Shown: positions 25,648 through 33,191 of the stretch, one piece after another
Numbering within the stretch: position 1 is the stretch's first letter
Layout of the letters: each line of letters starts with the position of its first letter
From: a virus
Taxonomy: Duplodnaviria; Caudoviricetes
Virus record (IMG/VR): IMGVR_UViG_3300032305_000462
Span: 1-33,191 of that record
Length of the DNA: 33,191 nt
Strand: one strand, 5' to 3'
The notes under the pieces: generated by a model
What the model saw: only the letters and a program-made list of their open reading frames with translations
The model's database searches: none
Told to the model about the DNA's origin: nothing
Position numbers and translations under genes: made by a program

Positions 25648-27825
25648 TTAAGATGGCCAATATCTATAAGTCCCATTTGGATTAAGTATTAATTTAAATC
25701 CTAAATTTCTAAGTTTTGGCTCATTAAATATTTTATCTATATTAACTTCTTCGTATGCTTCAAATATTTGTACCCAACTTCCTCCTGGATTTACATAGGC
25801 CGAAGTTATATGTCTTCCTTCGTGATAAATACGGTAATATATTCTTATTGAAAACATACCATTTGTTTGATATGGATAATCAGAATTGACTTGGCGAAGT
25901 TTACTATCTCGTGTAGGATTTAGCGCATACATATTACCAACTGCAGTAAATACATTTATACCAGAATCATAAGTGAGCGGAAATTGTTGACTAAAATTAT
26001 TTGTACCATTAATTTGGTATGCCCAGGTCAAATTGTTACTATCAATCGGAACTACATTATTTTGATTAGTATCTCTGCACGTTGCAGTTGCTAAAAATTG
26101 GTAATTATTTGCCCAATCAATTGACCTTGTATCTTCGTGAACTTGAGTCCCTCCAACAAATCCTTTAAAATTAGTAAATTGTCTTCTTGGTACTACTTGA
26201 CCATTTGAATTAATAATTAAATTATCATTAGGTCTTTCTAATTCATCTTGCGAAATTGAAGACATTCTATAATATTGAATCACTAAATTTATTCTAACAT
26301 AAAAAATATATTGACCGACTGGAACCGTAACATTACTTTTTTGAAATATTAATAATTCGTTTGGAATAAAACCCTGGGAATAAAAAAAATATGTTTCATT
26401 AATAAAAACACTAACATCGTCAATAATACGATAATGGTCTGGTATTGTTATTCGCATCGCTAACAATGACTGGTTTGTACTTGGTTGATTTCCAATTGTA
26501 CATCTATAGACATAATAAGCCTCATCGGTTGGCGCTGCGTTAATTGGTCTTGCAAATTTAAAATTTTCATTAAATGAATCTACTGAAAAAGCAAATGTTG
26601 GCTCGCCATATACAAAAGTTTGAACCGTATTACTCGTAGCATTATTGTTTAAAATATTGCCTCCATAAGCGGATGCAAAATTTGAATAATTACCTACGGT
26701 TATCGCTCTGATTAAAAATCTAAATTCTGCAAAATAACCAGGTGACAATGAATTTGAAGTTCTAAAAGTAACTGACCTATTTATATGAGTAAAAGTAAAA
26801 ATATCAGGTTTGCTATTTAAATTAACAAATTCAAATCCATTTGGCAAATCATCGTACATAACGATTTCACCCAAAGTTGATGCTCCTAATGTGCGCATTG
26901 TAATTACTACCTCGCCTGATTGATTTAAATTAAATGAGCTTGGCATTGTCTTAGACAAAGTCATTTGCGGATAGTCATAGGAACAAGTTCCGTATTCATT
27001 GGCTTGCGATTGACCATTATCATCAAGCCAAGTATTACATAGATTAGTAGCGTTAGTATTTGCTTTTGAATCAGCATCAGCCTGGCTAATTTCACTTGTT
27101 GCCGTACCGGTAAAGAATGGTGAGTAGACTTCTTGATTTGAACCTACTCCGTAATTACCACAATCATTTTTTTGAAATGTTCGAACCAATCGTTTAGTAA
27201 CTGAACCGCTAAAAGTTGGCACTCCTCCGACTGTTGTGTTAACCGTGTTTGATGTCTTAGTAATGGTTTCTCCGCCACCTTGAACCGTAGCATAATTTGA
27301 GTAAGTTGCCTGTACATCAGTTGTGACATAAATAGTAATTACCGCACCAAAACCTACCGGTAAAGTAGATGAAAAAATAGCAGTTACATTTTGCCCCGAT
27401 ACACTCACTCCCCAGGCTGGAGTATCTCTTTCGAATCTAACATAAGTTAGACCGGATGGAATTGTATCGCTAACAACAATATCTCCCGAAGAATTAACCT
27501 GACCATTGTTTGCAATAACTATTCGATAAGCAAATTCAGTATTTATGGACGCACTTGATGGCGCACTTTTTGATATAGTTATATAAGGTGAAGCAGTATT
27601 GCACCTTTGACAATATAGGTACCATTCATCCGGAAATACCGTAGGTAAATTGCCGTTTGGTCTTGGAGTATAATTTGTATTTAAAGGTATTGTTTGACCA
27701 TTTGCGTTTTGCAGTTGACCAAGTTCAGCAGCCGTAATAGAAATAGGGGGATTTATTAATTGTTCCCCCGTCATTTCATTGTATACATCGGCAAACGACA
27801 TCTGCCCACTTGGTTGTAATGGCAT
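25648..27825 (-). CDS. Putative receptor-binding adhesin with DUF11-like and DUF5977-like domains
   Basis: MPLQPSGQMS..D...E start, two ISK....Y.I...N.G....V.D.IP.G..Y type repeats, and FQKNDC...SEISQADAD.KA...NGQ..AN..GTC. Confidence 0.65.
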   Translation of the reverse strand: MPLQPSGQMSFADVYNEMTGEQLINPPISITAAELGQLQNANGQTIPLNTNYTPRPNGNLPTVFPDEWYLYCQRCNTASPYITISKSAPSSASINTEFAYRIVIANNGQVNSSGDIVVSDTIPSGLTYVRFERDTPAWGVSVSGQNVTAIFSSTLPVGFGAVITIYVTTDVQATYSNYATVQGGGETITKTSNTVNTTVGGVPTFSGSVTKRLVRTFQKNDCGNYGVGSNQEVYSPFFTGTATSEISQADADSKANTNATNLCNTWLDDNGQSQANEYGTCSYDYPQMTLSKTMPSSFNLNQSGEVVITMRTLGASTLGEIVMYDDLPNGFEFVNLNSKPDIFTFTHINRSVTFRTSNSLSPGYFAEFRFLIRAITVGNYSNFASAYGGNILNNNATSNTVQTFVYGEPTFAFSVDSFNENFKFARPINAAPTDEAYYVYRCTIGNQPSTNQSLLAMRITIPDHYRIIDDVSVFINETYFFYSQGFIPNELLIFQKSNVTVPVGQYIFYVRINLVIQYYRMSSISQDELERPNDNLIINSNGQVVPRRQFTNFKGFVGGTQVHEDTRSIDWANNYQFLATATCRDTNQNNVVPIDSNNLTWAYQINGTNNFSQQFPLTYDSGINVFTAVGNMYALNPTRDSKLRQVNSDYPYQTNGMFSIRIYYRIYHEGRHITSAYVNPGGSWVQIFEAYEEVNIDKIFNEPKLRNLGFKLILNPNGTYRYWPS

Positions 27826-29706
27826 TTATTTAGAAGCTAAAAGTATTTCCAAATTCTTAATTTTAATATTTTGCTCTTTGATGGCTTCGATTAATAAAGC
27901 AGAAATGTTGCCGTATTCAACTCCAAGAATACCATCGTTACCTTTGTTTACAATCTCAGGAAGAACTGTTTGAATTTCTTGAGCAATTACTCCAGCGTGG
28001 CGCTTAGAGTCATTTTCTTTAAACTCATAAGTATATCCATTTATTTGCTCTACTTTTTCTAAAGCATTTTCAATTTTTAAAAGGTTTTTCTTTAAGCTAA
28101 TATCAGAGTTTGCAGTAATAGTGCCGGTAGCTCTAATTGCACCCGATACATAAAGCCTTTCTCCGTTGTCTGAAGTTGTACCTAACAACCAATTTCCGCC
28201 AGCAGTTATACGACCTCTATCACTATTATTAGTAGCAAATATTAAATTAGCATTTGCTTGATTATTTATTGATGAATCGCCACTTGAATTAAATTGACCC
28301 CAAGTAAATACACCAGCTGAACCAGAATATTGATGAATTAATTGATTAGTTGAAACAACGTGCAATGCAGCCGTAGGCGTAGTAGTTCCAATTCCTAAAT
28401 TTCCTGTCGGACTAATTCTAACTTTTTCGGTTTGAGCAACTGAACTTCCACTTGTATAAAATGCTATACCTCCCACTGCATTACCACATTGAGCGCCTAT
28501 TCTCATTGTTTGGTCTGATTGATTCCAACCAACAGTTCCATAATAAAATGGGTCTGCTGTAGCTAACCCACCAAAATAGATTCTACCATTTGAATAACTA
28601 CTTGTTGAATCTGCTACACGAAATTGATAAGTGCCAGCATTTATTACATCTAATAAGGTTTGTGGAGTTGTTGTTCCAATACCTACATTTGTACCATTAT
28701 CAAAAATTTGACTTATTCCAATGGTAGTACTTGAAGTAAATTTTGAAACATAATTAGTAGTTCCACTTAATGCTGAAGCATATTGAGGAATATTTAAAAC
28801 TCCAGTTGTGGAATTATAAGTTGATGCTCCCGAAGTTCCGGTAGTTGTTAGGCTTACCGATGCTCTTGCTAAAGCATCCGTATATTGTGTAATGGTCGAA
28901 GTAATGACTCCGGTAGTATTGTTATAACTAATCCCAGTTCCAGCTGAAATTAAACCTCTTACACTTGCATCCGTATAAACCGTTCCTGAGTAGCTTATGG
29001 CTCCAGTACTTGAGTTATAAGTAATACCGGTACCTCCGCTCAATGAAGTCAAAGATATTCCACCAAGTCCAGCAAGAGTGTAATTTGGCACGTTTATTAC
29101 TCCCGTTGTGTTATTGTAGGTACTTGCGCCACTCGTTCCGGTAGTAGTCATTGAAATTAATCCCCTCACCGAAGCATCAGTGTAAACCGTACCACTATAA
29201 GAAATAGCACCGGTAGAACTATTGTAACTTATTCCCGTTGACCCACTAAATAATGCTCTTACCGAAGCATCCGTATAAACAGTACCTGAATAACTAATCG
29301 CACCGGTTGTATTATTGTATGTAATGCCTGTGCCTCCACTTAATGAAGTTAGAGAAATACCACCAAGTCCAGCCAAAGTGTACGTTGGTATATTTAATAC
29401 ACCCGTTCCGCTTGAGTAGGTTGATGCGCCTGAGTTACCTGTAACCGTTAGGCTTATTGCACCTCTCGCCCTGGCATCCGTAAACCATTTATTAGTCGGA
29501 GTCACAAGTTCTTGAATGTCATCCGTATCTAAAACAACAGTACCAACTAATCCATTTACTGAAATTACTGCCCCACCTATCGCAGCTTGAAGTTCTGCAA
29601 TGGTCTTTTTAAATAACTGACCGGTAGTTGCATCACCAATACCGAAAATATCAGTCGATAAAATTGCAGTCTTAGAGACTAATTGGTTTATTTTTTTATT
29701 TGCCAT
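27826..29706 (-). CDS. Tail fibre with C-terminal peptidase S74 intramolecular chaperone
   Basis: Gly/Ser/Thr repeats, GNLGIGTTTP, and SD..LK.N...IENALEKV..I.G.TY...GVIAQE...V.PE.V. Confidence 0.88.
   Translation of the reverse strand: MANKKINQLVSKTAILSTDIFGIGDATTGQLFKKTIAELQAAIGGAVISVNGLVGTVVLDTDDIQELVTPTNKWFTDARARGAISLTVTGNSGASTYSSGTGVLNIPTYTLAGLGGISLTSLSGGTGITYNNTTGAISYSGTVYTDASVRALFSGSTGISYNSSTGAISYSGTVYTDASVRGLISMTTTGTSGASTYNNTTGVINVPNYTLAGLGGISLTSLSGGTGITYNSSTGAISYSGTVYTDASVRGLISAGTGISYNNTTGVITSTITQYTDALARASVSLTTTGTSGASTYNSTTGVLNIPQYASALSGTTNYVSKFTSSTTIGISQIFDNGTNVGIGTTTPQTLLDVINAGTYQFRVADSTSSYSNGRIYFGGLATADPFYYGTVGWNQSDQTMRIGAQCGNAVGGIAFYTSGSSVAQTEKVRISPTGNLGIGTTTPTAALHVVSTNQLIHQYSGSAGVFTWGQFNSSGDSSINNQANANLIFATNNSDRGRITAGGNWLLGTTSDNGERLYVSGAIRATGTITANSDISLKKNLLKIENALEKVEQINGYTYEFKENDSKRHAGVIAQEIQTVLPEIVNKGNDGILGVEYGNISALLIEAIKEQNIKIKNLEILLASK
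28780..29485 (-). repeat. Intragenic fibre repeats (GTGITYN..TGAISYSGTVYTDASVR and TG.SGASTY...TGV.N.P units)
   Basis: Visible in both protein and DNA (gcatccgtataaac recurs). Boundaries approximate. Confidence 0.85.
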
Positions 29707-29709
29707 TTT

Positions 29710-29994
29710 TTATTTTATTTCAACATAATCACCAATAACAACAAGGTTTAGAGACTTTGCGATGTAGTCCCAAGCATCGTTATCAATTACCCATTCTTCG
29801 TAATCTTGTCCAATCATTAATAAGTTACCTTCAGTTAAAATTTCGACTATTAAACCATCTTCATTTTGTGCTGATAATTCATAATAAAATGTAGCCGATT
29901 TATTTAAAATTAAGTTGACAACATAAGCATTTAAAATGGTTGCTTTTTTATTTACTCCATTGTCCCAAATTGATACTTCTTCAATTAATTTCAT
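29710..29994 (-). CDS. Hypothetical fibre-associated protein
   Basis: 94 aa between two fibre genes, with EGNL.M.G.DY..W motif. Confidence 0.6.
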   Translation of the reverse strand: MKLIEEVSIWDNGVNKKATILNAYVVNLILNKSATFYYELSAQNEDGLIVEILTEGNLLMIGQDYEEWVIDNDAWDYIAKSLNLVVIGDYVEIK

Positions 29995-30006
29995 ATTATT
30001 TATTGT

Positions 30007-32574
30007 TTAAACTGATGTGATGGTTTGCCAAGTTGTAGAGAATACGCATAATTTTCCAAGTGTTGTGTCAAAGACAATAAGTCCTGTCGCTGGGGTTGCT
30101 ATTGCATTCTTTTGAGTTGTTGTCATTCGTGGTGGCAAAAAGCCTTCGGTTGTGGATGTCATTGCAAGCAATGCTGATGTTATAGGAGTTGTACCACCTA
30201 ATAATATATCACCATATATCGCAGTTATTACCGTAGAACTATTGCCAATAATGGTAGTGTTGGAGCCTAATCCTATGGAAGAATGCCCAATAACTATTTG
30301 ATTAGTTTGATTGTCGGAAGATGCTCTTGTGTTCTCTCCAATGTATATTGATGTATTTGTTATTGTATTAGCAGAACCACTCGCAATATTTCTACCAGCA
30401 TTGACTCCTATGGCTATATTATTACTTCCAGTAGTATTTAGACTCAATGAAGCTTGTCCAACTCCTACGTTATTGCCACCAGTAGTATTTGCATTTAGTG
30501 CGCTTTGTCCTAATCCAGTATTAAGACCGCCAGTTGTATTGCTACCTAAAGCACCCTGACCCATTGCAATATTAAAACTTCCAGTAGTATTAGCATATAA
30601 AGCACCGGTTCCGATTGCCGTTAGCGAATCACCAGCCGAATTAGAAAAAGCACACTCAAAGCCTACAAATGTGTTAAATCGTCCATTTGAATTATTTTGC
30701 CCGCAACTATTTCCAATAAATGTATTTTGTATGTTAAAGTTTGATAAAACTGTTGACTTTCGCCCAGCATTAGTCCCAATAAATAAATTATTAAAGGTCG
30801 AATTACGCATTTCAGTTACTACTGACCCACTTGAATTGCTAAAAGTTATTGATGCTGATGAATTGCCAACTGAATTAATGTTAAATACTACCGTGCCATC
30901 AAAATCAGATGTTGGAGTGACAACCAAACCAGCCGTTGTAATGGCTTGTCTTGCTAAGATAATTGATGTTGTTCTACCACTGATAAAAGTTTCACCACCG
31001 TATACTATTGTAATAGAACCAGCAGTTCTGCCTGTAATAGTTACTCCAACTCTATAAGTAGTTCCAATAACTGCAACTGAAGAATCAGTCAAGGATGCAG
31101 TACTTCCAACCGTATGCGTGTATCCTGTTGCAAAACTTGTACCTGTCCAGTTTGTTCCAGTTCCTGTGGTTGCTATCTCTGCACCTAATGGTGCAGTATC
31201 TGATGCAGTTGTACCTTGAAAACGTGTAGAACCTGCAATATCTAAACGAAAGCCAGCATCGGTTGCTATCCCAGCTCTTAAATTACCATTGACATAAGTA
31301 TTACTTCCTAATGTAATTAATGTACCACTATCCGTAATATTACTGTTACCTATGACAGTAGAACTTGTAAATTTGACTACCGTATTGGTTGTACCACTTG
31401 ATATACTTTGTTTATTATTAAATGTAGTCCAATCGGCAGAACTTAAAACACCTCTATTTGTTGCACTTGCCGTAGGAATGTTTAATGTTATTACTGGAGT
31501 TGTCGTTGAATTTGCAACGGTACTCGAAACATCCGTTCCACTTGTGCCTAATGTTAATGCTCCAACACTTGTAACAGTTCCCACACTATAACTTCTATTA
31601 GCACTTAAATCTAATGCAGTACCATTAATAGTAATTGTTCTTGCATTGGTTACTGGAGTAAATCCTAAAGCAGTTGTAACATTACCACTTGTTATTCCAG
31701 TAATATATCCAGCTGGATTAGTAGCATCATACTTTAAATTTAATGCAGTTTGTGTTGCAGTACTTATAGGCTTTAATAAATCCGTAGTATTATCAACATT
31801 ACCCAATCCAACCATTGCTTTGCTTATTCCACTTACCGTACCTGTAAAGGTAGGTGATGCTAATGGTGCTTTAAGATTTAAAGCATTTTGTAAATCCGTT
31901 TGATTGGATAAAGTTCCATTAATGTTACCCCATAAAGCAATTGCCTCCGAATAAATATCTACCCAAGCATTATCGACCCATCGATATAGTTTATTGTTAT
32001 TATTGGTAACGTAAATCTTGCTTGAATCTCCATTAGCTGGTAATGTTGCAAATGATGGATAATCAAGTAAAAATTTTACGTAGTTTACTGCGCCCCCATT
32101 ACTTGATAAACTTGCAACATATTCAGGATAAGAAAATGCAGATGGAACCTGGCATCTATCATTTAACATTGGATAATTTAAAGTAATATCAAACTTGACA
32201 CCAGCTAAATAATCCTTTTCGTTCTCAGTAAAAAAATCAATGGTTACATCTTGGTCAATTTCCCAATCGAATTTCGGATAATTAAACATTGCAAAAATAT
32301 CCTGGGCAATTAATAACTGGTCAGATAATACATCCGTTTCATTAGTCTCATCAACAAGTTGTCTATCCAAAAAGAATAAACTAAAATCCATTGATAAATT
32401 TTTGCCCGATATACTGCTTCCGGTTAATGAGTAAAACATAGCCGGATAAACATTATCACTTTGTGCGAGAAATTCCCACACATCACCAAAATAAACCGTA
32501 TTAATTTGGTCGTGACTTAGGGCAATTTCCCTGATTAGGTTTATCGTTTGATTTAATGTGAGTTGTTTTGCCAT
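30007..32574 (-). CDS. Fusion of tail-terminator-like N-domain and long fibre
   Basis: Acidic ~145-aa N-domain, then fibre motifs (KAPLASPTFTG, VGLGNVDNT) and 14-aa N..IG..AL..NTTG repeats. Confidence 0.7.
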   Translation of the reverse strand: MAKQLTLNQTINLIREIALSHDQINTVYFGDVWEFLAQSDNVYPAMFYSLTGSSISGKNLSMDFSLFFLDRQLVDETNETDVLSDQLLIAQDIFAMFNYPKFDWEIDQDVTIDFFTENEKDYLAGVKFDITLNYPMLNDRCQVPSAFSYPEYVASLSSNGGAVNYVKFLLDYPSFATLPANGDSSKIYVTNNNNKLYRWVDNAWVDIYSEAIALWGNINGTLSNQTDLQNALNLKAPLASPTFTGTVSGISKAMVGLGNVDNTTDLLKPISTATQTALNLKYDATNPAGYITGITSGNVTTALGFTPVTNARTITINGTALDLSANRSYSVGTVTSVGALTLGTSGTDVSSTVANSTTTPVITLNIPTASATNRGVLSSADWTTFNNKQSISSGTTNTVVKFTSSTVIGNSNITDSGTLITLGSNTYVNGNLRAGIATDAGFRLDIAGSTRFQGTTASDTAPLGAEIATTGTGTNWTGTSFATGYTHTVGSTASLTDSSVAVIGTTYRVGVTITGRTAGSITIVYGGETFISGRTTSIILARQAITTAGLVVTPTSDFDGTVVFNINSVGNSSASITFSNSSGSVVTEMRNSTFNNLFIGTNAGRKSTVLSNFNIQNTFIGNSCGQNNSNGRFNTFVGFECAFSNSAGDSLTAIGTGALYANTTGSFNIAMGQGALGSNTTGGLNTGLGQSALNANTTGGNNVGVGQASLSLNTTGSNNIAIGVNAGRNIASGSANTITNTSIYIGENTRASSDNQTNQIVIGHSSIGLGSNTTIIGNSSTVITAIYGDILLGGTTPITSALLAMTSTTEGFLPPRMTTTQKNAIATPATGLIVFDTTLGKLCVFSTTWQTITSV

Positions 32575-32632
32575 TTGTTTTTAAATAAACAATGAGTTTA
32601 TTAATGTTTTTGGTTGAAAATGCTTTAGGCAT
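32501..32632 (-). CDS. Small basic ORF (43 aa), not in ORF track
   Basis: MPKAFSTKNINKLIVYLKTNGK... starts 8 nt after the adaptor stop and overlaps the next gene. Confidence 0.35.
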   Translation of the reverse strand: MPKAFSTKNINKLIVYLKTNGKTTHIKSNDKPNQGNCPKSRPN

Positions 32633-32639
32633 ATTTTAT

Positions 32640-33191
32640 TTAATTGCAATGTCCTTTACTTTTTAATACGTGCTGAGGATAACTCATTCCTAATAAACTA
32701 TTCTCATCGCCTAAAAATATGCTTGAATGATAACCATCCTTTTCCGGATACATTGTATCCACACCAGTGCCAGGATTAATGTACTCAGGGAATAAATTTG
32801 TAGTGCTTACCTCTTGCAAATACTTAATCATTCTTTGCTTGTAAAACTCCGCTCTTGACCTGTAACGATTAGCCACATCAATTAAATCTTGCATATTAGG
32901 CTGGTCGCTATTATCGGAAGTTTTTCTCAATAATCCTTTATTATAAAACTGAAAAGATAGTCCCACCGGTAACTCAGATAATACGTAATAAACTAAAGCA
33001 TCAGTAACGTAATCATTTAATAAACTTGTTTCTAAGTTGCTTAACGTTGCATTTTCAATACCGGTTTGAAGCTTGACATATAAAGCCGTACCTAATGCCG
33101 GTAAGATGTACATATCTTGAGCCGTTTTTATTTCAGGCATAATTAACTTGTCATCAATATTAGAATGAACTGCCGTTCTTTCCTTGATTGC
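32640..33191 (-). CDS. Putative head-tail adaptor/connector; true start at position 153 across the circular join (193 aa)
   Basis: ATG at 153 follows the portal stop and gives MKNTLFIGANAIKERTAVHSNIDDKLI, in frame with MPEIKTAQDMYILPALG. Function inferred from size and position after the portal. Confidence 0.65.
   Translation of the reverse strand, partial: AIKERTAVHSNIDDKLIMPEIKTAQDMYILPALGTALYVKLQTGIENATLSNLETSLLNDYVTDALVYYVLSELPVGLSFQFYNKGLLRKTSDNSDQPNMQDLIDVANRYRSRAEFYKQRMIKYLQEVSTTNLFPEYINPGTGVDTMYPEKDGYHSSIFLGDENSLLGMSYPQHVLKSKGHCN
33069..33191. repeat. Second copy of the 123-bp terminal overlap
   Basis: Identical to 1-123. Confidence 0.95.

Larger units (their letters stand above)
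1..33191 (-). mobile_element. Complete tailed bacteriophage genome (siphovirus-like, probable Bacteroidota host)
   Basis: Terminase, portal, capsid, protease, tape measure, tail fibres and lysozyme are all present. The ends overlap by 123 bp, no host housekeeping genes are seen, and TAnnTTTG promoter boxes occur. Confidence 0.95.

Noticed and set aside
9014-27329. Nested minus-strand ORFs 9014-9262, 10201-10425 and 27144-27329
   Set aside because: Out-of-frame inside large structural genes, with no lipobox, slippery site or motif noticed.
1329-31903. All + strand ORFs in the track
   Set aside because: Nearly all are antisense shadows of convincing minus-strand genes, with no recognisable motifs.
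25648-32574. Diversity-generating retroelement or invertible fibre cassette
   Set aside because: No reverse transcriptase or invertase. The repeats are in-frame shaft repeats, not adenine-specific TR/VR pairs.

Overview
This is an apparently complete, circularly assembled genome of a tailed (siphovirus-type) phage. Bases 1-123 repeat exactly at 33069-33191, giving 33,068 unique bp. TAnnTTTG promoter boxes and A-rich start regions without obvious Shine-Dalgarno sequences suggest a Bacteroidota host. All credible genes are on the minus strand. Order of transcription from about 22.6 kb: small early ORFs, ERF recombinase, SSB-like protein, DUF4373/Lin1244-like replication initiator, XRE HTH, VRR-NUC, DUF3310, sigma-like factor, two glycosyltransferases and PhoH, terminases, frameshifted tail chaperone, tail genes, tape measure, XkdF protease, scaffold, capsid, tail tube, portal, adaptor (across the join), fibres/adhesin, lysis genes and a metallophosphoesterase. 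I found no integrase, DNA polymerase, helicase, tRNA or CRISPR array. The most interesting signals are non-coding: (i) a two-hairpin RNA with a perfect 8-bp loop-loop complement in the leader of the replication initiator; (ii) a candidate sRNA, bounded by a promoter box and a terminator, complementary to the start region of the adjacent small membrane-peptide gene; (iii) an intragenic origin of 11-bp iterons plus eleven TTTNN pentamers; (iv) a recurrent (GC)TATTTATA late-promoter motif; and (v) near-total GATC avoidance. Protein calls come from motif recognition by eye, not database searches.
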